64,000 nucleotides of DNA, taken from the NCBI RefSeq assembly GCF_058153355.1, contig NZ_CM177019.1; one strand, 5' to 3'. Position 1 is the first letter of the stretch. Every line of letters begins with the position of its first letter. The notes under the pieces are model-generated. The model was not told the origin of the DNA. It did no database searches and saw nothing but the letters and a program-made list of their open reading frames with translations. Below are positions 16,601 through 29,770 of this stretch, piece after piece. The translations under genes were made by a program, and so were the position numbers.

Positions 16601-18034
16601 CTATTTCAAGCGATAGTAAAGCTCACGGTACGACTTCGCCGCGACCTGCCAGCTAAAATCCATTGCCATAGCCTGACGTTGCACAAACCGCCACAGTGAA
16701 GGACGGGACCACAGTACAAAAGCACGTCGAATAGCCCGTAACAGCGACCAGGCATTACTATCTTCAAAGACAAACCCACTGGCGACGCCATCTGCAAGGT
16801 TCTCAAGAGAACAGTCAGAAACCGTATCAGCAAGCCCACCGGTGCGCCGCACTAACGGCAGCGTACCGTACTTCAATCCATAAAGTTGCGTTAAGCCGCA
16901 CGGTTCAAAACGGCTGGGCACCAGAATGACGTCCGCGCCGCCCATAATGCGATGCGAAAATGCTTCGTGATAGCCAATCTGAACGCCCACTTGTCCGGGA
17001 TATTCCGCGGCCGCGGCAAGGAAACCTTCCTGCAACACCGGATCACCCGCGCCGAGTAGCGCCAGCTGTCCGCCCTGCTCCAGAAGGCCTGGTAAGGCTT
17101 CCAGCACCAGGTCGAGACCTTTCTGGCTGGTCAGACGGCTCACCACTGCAAAAAGCGGCACTTTATCGTCAACCTTAAGCCCCATTGCGATTTGTAACTG
17201 GCGCTTATTCTCCGCTTTATCTTCCAATGTATCGCGGGTGTAACGCGAGGCCAACAGTAAGTCCGTCTCTGGACTCCAGATTTTTTCGTCCACGCCGTTT
17301 AGTACGCCGGAAAGACGCCCTTCACGGTGACGCTGCTGCAACAGACCTTCCATACCGTAGGCAAACTGCGGTTCGGTGATCTCGCGAGCGTAGGTCGGGC
17401 TGACCGCCGTAATATGATCGGCATAGTACAGACCAGCCTTCAGGAAAGAGATTTGTCCGTTGAATTCCAGCCCATGAATATTAAAGAATGACCATGGCAA
17501 TTGAATGTCATTCATGTGATGTGCATAAAACATGCCTTGATAGGCCAGGTTGTGCACAGTAAACACCGACTTCGCCGGACGCCCGCGCGCCGCCAGATAC
17601 GCAGGCGCAAGGCCCGCATGCCAGTCGTGCGCATGCACCACATCAGGGCGCCAGAATGGGTCAAGCCCGCTGGCCATTTCTGCCCCAACCCACCCAAGCA
17701 GCGCAAAACGCAATACGTTGTCAGTGTAGGCAAATAAGTTGGTATCGTGATACGGGCTTCCCGGACGATCATAGAGATGCGGCGCGTCAATCAGGTAAAT
17801 GCCAACCCCGTTGTAATGGCCGAACAACAGCGTGATATGCCCTGCGAAGGTATCACGGCGAGATACCACCTGCGCATCGGTTACGCCACGGCGAATATCG
17901 GGAAATGCAGGCAACAGTACGCGAGCGTCAACGCCGTCTGCGATTTGTGCTGCGGGTAATGCCCCAATAACATCAGCCAGACCGCCGGTTTTAAGCAGCG
18001 GGAACATCTCTGAACATACATGTAAAACCTGCAT
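16601..18034 (-). CDS. glgA: Glycogen synthase
   Basis: 477-aa [25 protein letters not shown]. Confidence 0.96.
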
Positions 18035-19329
18035 TATCGCTCCTGTTTATGCCCTAACTTCCGTAGCATTTCGCGCGTTACCAGCACGATGCCTTCTTCT
18101 GAACGATAGAAACGACGTGCATCTTCCTCTGCGTTTTCACCAATCACCATGCCTTCCGGAATAACACAAGCACGATCAATGACGCAGCGGCGCAGACGGC
18201 ACGAGCGACCTACCCATACTTCCGGTAACAATACGGCGGAATCAATGTTGCAGAATGAATTCACGCGAACGCGCGAGAACAGAACGGACTGCACCACCAC
18301 CGAACCGGAGATCACACAACCGCCGGAAACCAGTGAGTTAAGGGTCATCCCGTGGCTACCGGAGCGATCTTGCACGAATTTCGCTGGCGGTAATGATTCA
18401 TTGTAGGTGCGAATTGGCCAATTGCGATCGTACATATCCAGTTCCGGCACCACTGATGCCAGATCGAGGTTCGCTTTCCAGTAAGCTTCAAGCGTACCCA
18501 CATCGCGCCAGTACGGCTCGGCATCCGGGTCGGATTGTACGCAAGAGAGCGGGAACGGGTGCGCATAGGCCAGACCGGCTTCGGTGATTTTGGGAATCAA
18601 ATCTTTACCAAAGTCGTGGCTGGAGTTCTCATCGCGATCATCTTCTTCCAGCAGTTCATACAGATAGTCGGCGTCAAAGACGTAGATACCCATGCTCGCC
18701 AGAGATTTGCTCGGGTCGTTCGGCATTGACGGCGGGTTAGCGGGTTTTTCAACGAATTCGATAATTTTATCGTTCTCATCAACCGCCATAACGCCAAATG
18801 CGGAGGCTTCTTCAATCGGTACAGGCATACAAGCGACGGTGCAACGTGCGCCTTTTTCGACGTGGTCGATAAGCATACGCGAGTAGTCTTGCTTGTAGAT
18901 ATGGTCGCCCGCCAGGATCACCACATATTCCGCTTTGTAACGGCGAATAATGTCGAGGTTTTGCGTGACCGCATCTGCGGTGCCGCGATACCAGTTTTCC
19001 CCTTTCATTCTCTGCTGCGCTGGCAACAGATCGACAAACTCGTTCATTTCTTCATTGAAGAATGACCAGCCGCGCTGAATGTGCTGCACCAGAGTATGGG
19101 ACTGGTACTGGGTGATCACGCCCATACGACGGATCCCGGAGTTGATGCAGTTAGACAGTGCAAAGTCGATAATGCGGAACTTACCGCCGAAGTGTACGGC
19201 CGGTTTTGCTCGCTTATTGGTTAAATCCTTCAGGCGGGTACCACGTCCTCCCGCCAGTATCAGGGCAACAGATTTCAATGGCAGCTGGCGCGCCAACATT
19301 AAGTGATCGTTCTTCTCTAAACTAACCAT
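18034..19329 (-). CDS. glgC: Glucose-1-phosphate adenylyltransferase
   Basis: 431-aa product from the Met at [17 protein letters not shown]; the ORF-track frame extends 12 codons upstream. Confidence 0.95.
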
Positions 19330-19380
19330 GACTAACTCCTTTTTTATCATCTCTGGAACACACACAATCCGTGTGCAGGT
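19330..19380 (-). promoter_or_regulatory. glgC 5' leader with GGA motifs (CsrA-binding region by established knowledge)
   Basis: Minus-strand read cacacggattgtgtgtgttccagagatgataaaaaaggagttagtcATG; GGA in a hairpin and in the Shine-Dalgarno. Confidence 0.55.
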
Positions 19381-21320
19381 CCCTGCCAGACAGCCGTAAT
19401 CACTGGGTTATCCTCTCCAGCGAATGGGGGAATGGCGTGCCACTCCCCAGCAGGTAAAACAATCTCTGTTACCTCAAGCGTGGCGTTAATTGCGATCAAA
19501 AAGCGATCCGAGAGCAGAATTTGCAGCTGTTTCGGCCCGTTTTGCCACTCATCCGTGCTTAAAGGTTGAGCATATCGATTTAGCCAACGGACATTGCCGT
19601 CGCCTTCTTCCCACCAGCGATTCTCCACCAAAGCGGGAATGCGCTTGCGCAGATGGATTAACGCAGCGGTAAATGCGGTTAAACCACTGCTTGCCTGCGA
19701 CCAGTCCAACCAGGTTAATTGATTATCCTGACAGTAGGCATTGTTATTGCCATGCTGGCTATGACCATGTTCGTCACCGGCCAGTAACATCGGCGTACCC
19801 TGGGAGAGCAACAACGTTGTTAACAGGGCGTGAATGCTGTCGCGCCGCCGTTCAACCAGGTCAAGAGTACCGCCTAATCCTTCTTTACCATGATTGTTAC
19901 TGTAATTGTTGTTGGTCCCGTCGCGATTTTCTTCTCCGTTTGCTTCATTGTGTTTATGGTTGAAGCAAACGCAGTCGCGAAGCGTAAAACCGTCATGCGC
20001 GGTGACGAGATTAATCGCAGCACTCGGCAGACGACCATTACGTTTAAAAACATCGCTGGAGGCAGCAAAACGCCCGGCAAACGCCCCCAGAGGCAAATCA
20101 TAATGCAGCCAGAAACGACGGGCAGCATCACGGAAATGATCGTTCCACTCAGCAAACAGTGGCGGGAAATTTCCCACCTGATAACCACCAGGCGCAATAT
20201 CCCACGGTTCGGCAATTAACTTCACCTGCGAGAGCACCGGGCAGTTCTGAATTGCGGTAAACAACGGAGCATCCTGACGGAACTCAGGCGTACGGCCCAT
20301 GACTGCCGCCAGATCAAAACGGAAACCATCGACGTGGCAGGTTTCTACCCAATAACGCAGGCAGGCGCTGGCATAATCCACCACCGCCGGATGACTCAAA
20401 TTAAGCGTGTTGCCACAGCCTGTCCAATTGTGATAATCACCGTCTTCTCTTATCCAATAATAGCTACGGTTGTCGATCCCACGCAGAGAGAATAACGGAC
20501 CGTCGAGGTCCAGTTCCGCACTATGGTTAAGCACGATATCAAGAATGACTTCGATACCCGCTTTATGCAGTGCTTTGATTGCATCGCGAAACTCATTCAG
20601 CGCCGTTTCTGGCGAGCAGGCATACGCCGGATGCAGCGCAAACATCGCTACCGGGTTATAGCCCCAGTAGTTACTTAACCCCATACGTTGCAGGCGTGGT
20701 TCGCTGGCAAATTGTGCCACCGGCAGCAACTCCAGCGCAGTAATGCCCAACTGTTTCAAATAGTTGATCATCACCGGATGCCCCAGGGCTTTATAAGTGC
20801 CGCGGATATCGACCGGGATCTCCGGGTGCAGATACGTTAATCCTTTGACATGGGCTTCATAAATGATAGTGCTGCCCCACGGCGTGCGCGGCGGGGCATC
20901 ATCCTCCCAGTCATAGTGATCAACCACCACTACACATTTCGGCGCAATGGCGGCGTTGTCGCGATAGTCAGGTTCATTATGACCTGCGTGCAGCAGCGGG
21001 TTATCTTTAAACTCCCCGTCAATTTGCCGCGCGCAAGGATCAATCAACAACTTCGCCGGGTTAAAGCGATGTCCCTCGGCGGGTCGCCAGGGGCCATGAA
21101 CGCGATAACCATAACGCAAACCCGGACGCGCATCCGGCAGATAACCGTGCCAAATGTCGCCACTGTGCCCTGGCAAGTCATAGCGATGTTCCTGGCCATT
21201 GGCGTCAAAGATACACAGTTCTACCCGCTCGGCATGAGCGGAGAAAAGTGTGAAGTTGACGCCCTGACCGTCGTAATGCGCGCCGAGGGGTGCGGGTTTG
21301 CCAATGGCGAGTTGTGTCAT
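19347..21320 (-). CDS. glgX: Glycogen debranching enzyme
   Basis: 657-aa GH13 ORF. Confidence 0.95.
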
Positions 21321-23503
21321 TCTGCCTCCCGAACCAGCCAGATAGTGGCCAGCGGTGGTAGTGTCAGGCTTAGTGAATGCTGACGACCGTGGCTGGCAAT
21401 CTCATCGCTGTGTACCGTGCCGCCATTGCCTGCATTACTGCCGTGATAGTGCATGGAATCGGTATTGAGGATCTCACGCCATTTACCCGGCTGGTTAATG
21501 CCGAAGCGATAATCATGACGCGGCACCGGAGTAAAGTTACTGGCAACGATGATTTCGTTACCCTCTTTATCGCGACGCACAAAGATCAGCACCGAGCGTT
21601 CTTTGTCATCCACCACCAGCCATTCAAAACCGTACGGGTCAAAATCCAGTTCATGCATCGCTTTATGGTGGCGGTAGGTGAGGTTCAGATCGCGCACCAG
21701 ACGCTGGACACCGTGGTGCCAGTTATCGCCGCCTTCCAACAGATGCCAGTCGAGGCTGGCGTCATGGTTCCACTCGCGGCCCTGGGCAAATTCGTTCCCC
21801 ATGAACAGCAGTTTCTTGCCCGGGAATGCCCACATCCAGCCATAGTACGCGCGCAAGTTAGCGAATTTCTGCCATGCGTCGCCTGGCATCCTGTCGAGAA
21901 TCGATTTTTTACCGTGGACCACTTCATCATGCGACAACGGCAGGACGAAGTTTTCAGTGTAGTTGTAGAGCATCCCGAAGGTCAGTTTATCGTGATGATA
22001 CTGACGATAAACCGGGTCGAGCTTCATGTAGTCCAGGGTGTCATGCATCCAGCCTAGGTTCCACTTGTACCAGAAGCCCAGACCGCCCATGTCCTGCGGA
22101 CGAGAAACGCCAGGGAAATCGGTAGACTCCTCCGCCATTGTCACCGCACCGGAAACCTGCTCACCAAGAATACGGTTGGTATTACGCAAGAATTCAATCG
22201 CTTCAAGATTCTCGCGCCCGCCAAATTCGTTCGGGATCCACTCCCCCTCTTTACGGCTGTAGTCACGATAAATCATTGACGCCACCGCATCGACGCGCAG
22301 CGCATCAATACCAAAACGTTCGATCCAGTAAAGCGCGTTACCGACAAGGAAGTTACTGACTTCACGGCGACCATAGTTGTAGATCAGCGTATTCCAGTCC
22401 TGATGATAGCCTTCGCGCGGATCGCTGTGTTCATACAAGTTCGTGCCATCAAATTCGGCAAGCGCAAAGTCATCGGTCGGGAAGTGGCCTGGCACCCAGT
22501 CGAGAATCACGTTCAGACCAGCTGCGTGTGCGGCATCAATGAAATAACGGAAGTCGTCGCGGGTACCAAAACGGCGGGTCGGTGCATACAGGCCGGTTGG
22601 CTGATAACCCCAACTGCCATCGAACGGATGCTCGTTAATGGGCAGCAGTTCGAGGTGGGTAAAGCCCATCCATTTAGCATAAGGCACCAGTTGATCGGCC
22701 AGCTCGCGGTAGCTCAACCAGAAATTGTTGTCGGTGTGGCGACGCCAGGAGCCCAGGTGAACTTCATAAATAGAGATTGGCGCATCAAACTGATTCGCTT
22801 TTTTGCGCTCTTCAGTCTGCACAACCTTTTCCGGCAGCCCGCAAATAAGAGACGCGGTTTCCGGGCGCATTTGCGCTTCGAAGGCATAAGGGTCGGACTT
22901 CAGACGCAAGTTGCCATTGGCATCAATCATCTCGTATTTATAGAGCTGACCGTTATGCGCCCCAGGGATAAACAGTTCCCAGATGCCGCTCTCTTTACGC
23001 AGGCGCATCGGATGACGGCGACCGTCCCAGTAGTTGAATTGCCCAACCACCGAGACCCGACGGGCGTTTGGAGCCCAGACAGAAAAACGCGTACCTGTGA
23101 CGCCATCCATAGTATCTGCATGCGCGCCTAAGGTTTCATATGGGCGCAGATGCGTACCTTCAGATAATAGCCAGGCATCCATTTCCTGGATTAGCGGACC
23201 AAAACGGTAAGGATCATCTATCAGGTTTTGCTGACCATGCCAGACAACAGCCAACTGATAGCGGAAAAAATTCTTACGTCGCGGAATGACACCGCTAAAG
23301 AATCCACGTGAGTCGAGACACTCCAGTTTTGCGAGTTTACGCCCGGTTTTCGGTTCAATCACCCACACATCGGTAGCGTCGGGTAAAAGGGCACGGACTT
23401 CCAGTCCCGCGGTGGTTTTATGCATCCCCAGTACGGAAAAAGGATCCGCAAAATGGCCTGCAATTAGCGCGTTAATCACGTCTCTATCGATACGATCGGA
23501 CAT
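21317..23503 (-). CDS. glgB: 1,4-alpha-glucan branching enzyme
   Basis: 728-aa ORF; start overlaps glgX. Confidence 0.96.
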   Translation of the reverse strand: MSDRIDRDVINALIAGHFADPFSVLGMHKTTAGLEVRALLPDATDVWVIEPKTGRKLAKLECLDSRGFFSGVIPRRKNFFRYQLAVVWHGQQNLIDDPYRFGPLIQEMDAWLLSEGTHLRPYETLGAHADTMDGVTGTRFSVWAPNARRVSVVGQFNYWDGRRHPMRLRKESGIWELFIPGAHNGQLYKYEMIDANGNLRLKSDPYAFEAQMRPETASLICGLPEKVVQTEERKKANQFDAPISIYEVHLGSWRRHTDNNFWLSYRELADQLVPYAKWMGFTHLELLPINEHPFDGSWGYQPTGLYAPTRRFGTRDDFRYFIDAAHAAGLNVILDWVPGHFPTDDFALAEFDGTNLYEHSDPREGYHQDWNTLIYNYGRREVSNFLVGNALYWIERFGIDALRVDAVASMIYRDYSRKEGEWIPNEFGGRENLEAIEFLRNTNRILGEQVSGAVTMAEESTDFPGVSRPQDMGGLGFWYKWNLGWMHDTLDYMKLDPVYRQYHHDKLTFGMLYNYTENFVLPLSHDEVVHGKKSILDRMPGDAWQKFANLRAYYGWMWAFPGKKLLFMGNEFAQGREWNHDASLDWHLLEGGDNWHHGVQRLVRDLNLTYRHHKAMHELDFDPYGFEWLVVDDKERSVLIFVRRDKEGNEIIVASNFTPVPRHDYRFGINQPGKWREILNTDSMHYHGSNAGNGGTVHSDEIASHGRQHSLSLTLPPLATIWLVREAE

Positions 23504-23775
23504 GCTTGTCTTCCTGTTTTATTGTGTCACCCCATCCAACTGAATTTTTGACTTCTGGTTGTGACATTTTTTTGACCTGAACGGCGCAGCACTCTGTGCA
23601 TCCTCTCTGCGTCGTCCTCACTTCAGGTAAGGCTGTGAATACTCATGTATTCAGCCACCCTTAAAGAATAGCCAATGCTCTATTTAACTCCCGGTAAATC
23701 ATGAAACATCTGCGCTTACTCCTGTATTACGCACTAACAGGGGCGGCAACGCGCCCCAGATTTAATGAATAAAGA

Positions 23776-24879
23776 TTACGCCAGTTGACGAAGCATCCGA
23801 CGCAGCGGCTCCGCGGCCCCCCACAGCAGCTGGTCGCCCACGGTAAAGGCTGACAGGAACTCCGGTCCCATATTCAGCTTACGCAAACGGCCTACCGGCG
23901 TGGTCAGCGTGCCGGTAACGGCAGCTGGGGTTAGCTCACGCATAGTGATTTCCCGATCGTTCGGAACGACTTTCGCCCACGGATTGTGCGCAGCCAGCAG
24001 TTCTTCCACGGTCGGAATAGACACATCTTTTTTCAATTTAATAGTGAATGCCTGGCTGTGGCAGCGCAATGCCCCGACACGCACACATAAACCATCTACC
24101 GGAATTACGGAAGATGTGTTGAGGATCTTGTTGGTTTCCGCCTGCCCTTTCCACTCTTCGCGGCTCTGACCGTTATCGAGCTGTTTGTCGATCCACGGAA
24201 TCAGGCTACCCGCCAGCGGCACGCCAAAGTTATCCACCGGCAGCTCACCGCTACGGGTTAAGGTTGTGACTTTGCGTTCGATATCGAGAATAGCAGAGGA
24301 CGGGGTCGCGAGTTCATCTGCCACATGGCCATACAGATGGCCCATCTGGGTTAATAACTCACGCATATGTCGCGCACCACCGCCGGAAGCGGCCTGGTAG
24401 GTTGCAACGGACACCCAATCAACAAGATCATTGGCGAATAAACCACCCAACGACATCAACATCAGGCTTACGGTACAGTTACCGCCAACAAAAGTCCTGA
24501 TGCCATTATTTAATCCGTCGGTAATGACGTCCTGATTGACGGGGTCAAGAATGATGATGGCGTCATCTTTCATGCGCAGAGATGATGCTGCGTCAATCCA
24601 GTAACCTTGCCATCCGCTTTCACGAAGCTTTGGATAGATTTCGTTGGTATAATCGCCGCCCTGACAGGTCACAATGATATCGAGGGCCTTTAGCGCCTCC
24701 AGATCAAAGGCATCCTGAAGTGTGTCAGTGGTTCCGCCAAAAGACGGCGCAGCCTGACCAAGCTGAGAAGTAGAAAAGAAGACAGGGCGAATGGCGTCGA
24801 AGTCGCGCTCTTCAACCATGCGTTGCATGAGAACGGAGCCGACCATACCGCGCCAGCCGATAAAACCAACATTTTTCAT
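23776..24879 (-). CDS. asd: Aspartate-semialdehyde dehydrogenase
   Basis: 367-aa product from [21 protein letters not shown]; the ORF-track frame extends 41 codons upstream. Confidence 0.95.
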
Positions 24880-25071
24880 AAGCGTTTTTTTCCTGCAAAG
24901 ATGTGTGCTGTATAAATGTGCCGGTCTCCTCGTGGCACATCTTTCACCATACAAAAAGCAGCCAAAGTCGCAAGTGAAATTAATCAATGATAGCGAAGCC
25001 ATCAGTAATGCGACTTATCCTGCTTTGTTAGCACGCAGAAAGTCCGCGGCAATTATCAGGGAATTTGAGTT

Positions 25072-25665
25072 ATGAATGAAATCATTTCTGCAGCAGTTTT
25101 ATTGATCCTGATTATGGATCCGCTCGGAAACCTACCTATTTTCATGTCCGTACTGAAACATACTGAACCGAAAAGACGGCGGGCAATCATGGTGCGAGAG
25201 TTGCTTATTGCTCTCCTGGTGATGCTGGTGTTCCTGTTTGCGGGTGAGAAAATTCTGGCATTTCTTAGCCTGCGGGCAGAAACCGTCTCCATTTCTGGCG
25301 GCATCATTCTGTTTCTGATCGCCATTAAGATGATTTTCCCCAGTGCTTCAGGAAATAGCAGCGGGCTTCCGGCAGGTGAAGAGCCGTTTATCGTGCCGTT
25401 GGCAATTCCGTTAGTCGCCGGGCCGACTATTCTCGCCACGCTGATGTTGTTGTCTCATCAGTACCCGAATCAGATGGGACATCTGGTAATTGCTCTGCTA
25501 CTGGCCTGGGGCGGCACCTTTGTTATCCTGCTACAGTCTTCGCTATTTTTACGTCTGCTGGGCGAGAAAGGGGTGAATGCACTTGAACGCCTGATGGGAT
25601 TGATTCTGGTGATGATGGCAACTCAGATGTTCCTCGACGGCATTCGAATGTGGATGAAGGGGTAA
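25072..25665 (+). CDS. yhgN: MarC-family inner membrane protein
   Basis: 197-aa hydrophobic ORF. Confidence 0.88.
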   Translation: MNEIISAAVLLILIMDPLGNLPIFMSVLKHTEPKRRRAIMVRELLIALLVMLVFLFAGEKILAFLSLRAETVSISGGIILFLIAIKMIFPSASGNSSGLPAGEEPFIVPLAIPLVAGPTILATLMLLSHQYPNQMGHLVIALLLAWGGTFVILLQSSLFLRLLGEKGVNALERLMGLILVMMATQMFLDGIRMWMKG

Positions 25666-25721
25666 CGAGGAGAGTTTTTCGAAAAGAGCCCGGTAGCGTC
25701 ACAACTACCGGGCGAACAAAC

Positions 25722-27062
25722 TTAACTCAACAGCTGGAACGCAATCATCCCGACGATGGCACCAACGGTGCCGAGGATGGTTTCCATCATGGTCCAGGTT
25801 TTCAGCGTTTCGGCTTCGGTCGCGCCGGTAAATTTACCGAACAACCAGAAACCGGCGTCGTTAACGTGGCTGACAACAATCGAACCACCGGCGATACAAA
25901 TCGACAGCGCCGCCATTTGCGCACCGGAGTAGTTCAGTTGTTCAATAACCGGCATCACCAGTCCCACCGCCGTTAAACAGGCAACGGTGGCAGAACCCTG
26001 AATGATACGCACCGCCGCAGCCAGCACAAAGCAGGTGATGGCAATCGGCAGGCCCATGCCGGTTAACGCTTCGCCCAGCGCCGGACCTACGCCAGAGTCA
26101 ACCAGCACCTGTTTGAACACGCCGCCTGCACCAATCACCAGCAGAATAATCCCCGCCGGTTGCAGCGCGTGACCGCAAATCTCCATCACTTTGTCTTTCG
26201 GCATACCCTGACGCATCGCCAGGCCGTAAATTGCTACCAGGCAAGCGACCAGAATTGCGGTAAACGGATGACCGATAAACTCGAACCATTCGTAAGCGGT
26301 AGAGCCTTCCGGCACAAAACGCGCGGCAATGGTTTTCAGCCCCACCAGCACCAGCGGCAGCAGGATCAGCGACAGGCTGAATCCGAAGGACGGCATTTTG
26401 CCTTCGCCGAGATGCGGTTCGCTGATATCGTCAGGAATATGCAGCTCCACGTAGCGGCTGATGAAATTACCCCACAGCGGCCCGGCAATAATCATTCCCG
26501 GGATTGCCGCACACAGGCCAATCAGGATCATCCAGCCAAAGTCAGCGTTCATCTGCGATGCCAATAGCATTGGCGCAGGCCCCGGCACCAGGAACGCCGC
26601 CGCTGCCGCCACGCCTGCGAATAATGGGATTACCAGTTTCACCAGGTTCGTACCGGTGTGGCGCGCCATTGAGAAAGCAACGCTAATCAACAGGACAATC
26701 GCCACTTCAAAGAACAGCGGTAGCGCACAGACCAGACCCGCAAGGCCAATGGCATAATGCGCACGACTGTGACCGAAGGATTTGAGCATTTTGACGGCAA
26801 TCTGATCGACTGCGCCGGTTTCATGTAAGATCTTGCCAAACATGGCTCCCAGGGCGACAACTACCGCCAGGAAGCCGAGGGTGCCTCCCATCCCTTTTTC
26901 CATCGTCGCTGCGATTTTATCGAGCGGCATGCCGGAAAAAAGGCCAGCCCCCATAGACACCACCATCAAAGCCAGGAAAGCGTGCATACGCGCCTTCATG
27001 ACTAAAAACAGCAGCAGTAAAACAGACCCTACTGCTGTTAAAACAAGCGTTAATGTAGTCAC
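25722..27062 (-). CDS. gntU: Low-affinity gluconate transporter (GntP family)
   Basis: 446-aa polytopic membrane ORF next to gntK. Confidence 0.93.
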   Translation of the reverse strand: MTTLTLVLTAVGSVLLLLFLVMKARMHAFLALMVVSMGAGLFSGMPLDKIAATMEKGMGGTLGFLAVVVALGAMFGKILHETGAVDQIAVKMLKSFGHSRAHYAIGLAGLVCALPLFFEVAIVLLISVAFSMARHTGTNLVKLVIPLFAGVAAAAAFLVPGPAPMLLASQMNADFGWMILIGLCAAIPGMIIAGPLWGNFISRYVELHIPDDISEPHLGEGKMPSFGFSLSLILLPLVLVGLKTIAARFVPEGSTAYEWFEFIGHPFTAILVACLVAIYGLAMRQGMPKDKVMEICGHALQPAGIILLVIGAGGVFKQVLVDSGVGPALGEALTGMGLPIAITCFVLAAAVRIIQGSATVACLTAVGLVMPVIEQLNYSGAQMAALSICIAGGSIVVSHVNDAGFWLFGKFTGATEAETLKTWTMMETILGTVGAIVGMIAFQLLS

Positions 27063-27065
27063 TAC

Positions 27066-27593
27066 TTATTTGCCTTTATTAATAACCTCAATGGTGCTTG
27101 CCACAACACCTTCCAGCGGTTGATCGATATCCACCACCAGTACATCGGTTTCGTCCGCACCCGGCTCCTGCAGCGTTTCAAACTGCGTCACCAGCATTTG
27201 GGTTTTAAAGAAATGGCCTTTGCGCGCTTTCAGACGGCTTTCAATTACATCAAAATCGCCTTTCAGGTAGATGAAAGAGAGATTCGGATTACCTTCACGC
27301 AGCAGGTCGCGATAGTGCTTTTTCAGTGCAGAACAGACGATCAGCGACACTTTATTGGTGCGCTGCATGGCAAACGCGGCGTCGTTAAGCGCCTGTAACC
27401 ACGGTTTGCGATCGTCGTCATTCAGCGGTTCGCCAGACGCCATTTTTTCGATATTGCAGCGCGGATGGAGGAAATCGCCATCAAGAAACGCGGCATGAAG
27501 TTGATGCGCCACTTCACTGGCGACTGCAGATTTGCCGCTGCCCGATACGCCCATCAAGACGTAAATGTGGTGATCATGGTTAGTCGTGCTCAA
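27066..27593 (-). CDS. gntK: Gluconokinase (probable TTG start)
   Basis: 175-aa product beginning (L/M)STTNHDHHIYVLMGVSGSGKSAV with Walker A; the ORF-track frame extends 7 codons upstream. Confidence 0.9.
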   Translation of the reverse strand: MSTTNHDHHIYVLMGVSGSGKSAVASEVAHQLHAAFLDGDFLHPRCNIEKMASGEPLNDDDRKPWLQALNDAAFAMQRTNKVSLIVCSALKKHYRDLLREGNPNLSFIYLKGDFDVIESRLKARKGHFFKTQMLVTQFETLQEPGADETDVLVVDIDQPLEGVVASTIEVINKGK

Positions 27594-27624
27594 AGTGGTG
27601 CCCCCACAATACAAGAATCAGAAA

Positions 27625-27653
27625 ATGTTACGGGTAACTGTTATCGGTAACAT
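27625..27653 (-). promoter_or_regulatory. GntR operator pair upstream of gntK
   Basis: atgttacgggtaactgttatcggtaacat, two ATGTTA-N4-TAACAT-like palindromes. Confidence 0.7.
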
Positions 27654-27732
27654 TGTCAAGCCGGACAAAAACAGAAGCAATATCCATCCGTGCCTTAAGT
27701 GTATAAGTGTGAGCTACTTCAAATTTGTGAGC

Positions 27733-28728
27733 TTAAATAGATCCGCCTGGTGACAAGGTGAAACCTAAATCTAACATTTTCGGTGTCACAGATTCGCCAC
27801 GAATACGCGCCAGCAGGCGCTCAGCGCCAATGCTGCCCATCCGCTCACGCGGCGTCAGCACGCTCGCCAGCCGTGGCTCCATCACCTGACCAATGTCATG
27901 ACCGTGGAAACCGGCAATCGCCATATCGTCAGGAACTTTCAGCCCCAGACGCTGACATTCAAACGCCGCGCCGACCGCCAGGTCATCATTAGTACAAAAT
28001 ACGCCATCCAACTGCGGATATTCCCGCCGCGCCTGGCGAATCAGTTCAATACCGGAAGAGTAAGAAGAAGATTGCTCGACCATCACGCTATACGGCACCA
28101 GGCCTGCATCCAGCATCGCCTGCTCATATCCCTTCTGTTTGATGATAGTACGTTCGTCGAGGCGTGCGCCGAGATAGGCAATGTGACGATGCCCGCGAGC
28201 AATAATGGCGGTGGTCATCTGGCGTGCCGCTTCAAAGTTATCAAAACCGACGGCGATATCGAGACACGGCGACTTACTGTCCATCAGCTCCACCACCGGA
28301 ATACCCGCTACTTCAATCATCTTTAAGGTGCGGGGCGTGTGGGTACGTTCGGTGAGAATAAGTCCGTCGATATTCCAGGAAAGCATTGATTCGAGGCGTT
28401 CTTGCTCCATTTCCGGTTTATAACCGTAGTGCGCCAGCATCGTCTGATAACCGTGTGCGTCGGTGACGCTTTCGATACCGCGTAATACTTCAGCGAAAAC
28501 CTGGTTGGTGAGTGAAGGTAACAGGACGCCAATCGCCCGGCTGGTGGCGTTAGAGAGGATATCGGGCGCGCGATTGGGAATATAACCCAGTTCATCAAGA
28601 GCGGCGGCAATCTTGCCACGTAGAGCGACGGAAACCTGCTCCGGGTTGCGTAAAAAACGGCTGACCGTCATTTTGGTCACGCCAACACGGTCAGCCACAT
28701 CCTGAAGTACGGGTCTTTTCTTTTTCAT
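27733..28728 (-). CDS. gntR: LacI-family gluconate repressor
   Basis: 331-aa ORF with N-terminal HTH (LQDVADRVGVTKMTVSRFL). Confidence 0.94.
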   Translation of the reverse strand: MKKKRPVLQDVADRVGVTKMTVSRFLRNPEQVSVALRGKIAAALDELGYIPNRAPDILSNATSRAIGVLLPSLTNQVFAEVLRGIESVTDAHGYQTMLAHYGYKPEMEQERLESMLSWNIDGLILTERTHTPRTLKMIEVAGIPVVELMDSKSPCLDIAVGFDNFEAARQMTTAIIARGHRHIAYLGARLDERTIIKQKGYEQAMLDAGLVPYSVMVEQSSSYSSGIELIRQARREYPQLDGVFCTNDDLAVGAAFECQRLGLKVPDDMAIAGFHGHDIGQVMEPRLASVLTPRERMGSIGAERLLARIRGESVTPKMLDLGFTLSPGGSI

Positions 28729-28951
28729 CGTCCTGAAGGTACAAAAGAGATAGATTCTCTTAGTTTAACACGGACGCATCAGAACCTTCCCGGAGAAAAC
28801 AGTGCTTGTTTACAATAATTAGATATACACTAAATCAATTGCATCGCATTGTGCTAAAGACGCGACAAAACCCCGGTCGCGTACATCAGCACGCGACCGG
28901 GGCGAGCGATGAAGCCCGCAAAAAGGCAGGCTTCAAAAATGCCGTTAAGTT

Positions 28952-29647
28952 TTAAACCGGCGGCAGATCGAACAGTAACACTTCGCTGTCGCTGTCAGCG
29001 TGGATGGAGATTGCCTGCTCATCCCAGATTGCCAGACCATCGCTGGTCGAGGCTTTCACGCCGTTAATGGTAACATTGCCTTTCACTACCTGAATCCAGA
29101 CGCGGCGTTCAGCGGCAATCTGATGAATCGACTGCTCATCTTTTACCAGCGCCCAGCGGTATAGCTCCATATCCTGATGCACTTTCAATGAACCATCTCG
29201 CGCATCCGGCGAGAGCACCAGCTGTTTACCCTGTACGGCATCAAAGCGACGCTGTTCATAACGCGGCGTAATACCGTTTTCTTCTGGCATGATCCAGATC
29301 TGATACAGGTGCAGACGCTCAGTGCTGCTTGGGTTGTACTCTGAGTGACGAATACCCGTACCCGCACTCATAATCTGGAACTCGCCCGCCGGAACCTGCT
29401 CTTTATTGCCCATGCTGTCCTGATGCTCAACAGTACCTTCCAGCACGTAGGTCAAAATTTCCATATCTTTATGCGGGTGAGTGCCGAAGCCCTGCCCTGC
29501 TTCAATCACGTCGTCGTTAATCACGCGCAGCGCGGAGAAGCCCATAAAGTTCGGGTCGTAATAGTTGGCAAAAGAGAAAGTATGCCAGGAGTCCAGCCAG
29601 CCATGATTTGCATGACCACGTTCATTTGCTTTGCGTAAGTAGATCAT
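28952..29647 (-). CDS. yhhW: Pirin-like quercetin 2,3-dioxygenase
   Basis: 231-aa cupin ORF. Confidence 0.9.
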   Translation of the reverse strand: MIYLRKANERGHANHGWLDSWHTFSFANYYDPNFMGFSALRVINDDVIEAGQGFGTHPHKDMEILTYVLEGTVEHQDSMGNKEQVPAGEFQIMSAGTGIRHSEYNPSSTERLHLYQIWIMPEENGITPRYEQRRFDAVQGKQLVLSPDARDGSLKVHQDMELYRWALVKDEQSIHQIAAERRVWIQVVKGNVTINGVKASTSDGLAIWDEQAISIHADSDSEVLLFDLPPV

Positions 29648-29770
29648 TTGTATTCGCCCCCTGAATGATTTCGATGGGCTTAGTGTGGACCCGATCCGCC
29701 TGGGATGATAGAGGGTGAAAATTGACCCCTCTGTTCAAAAAAATTGAACTATTCGAGAGGTCCATCAAAC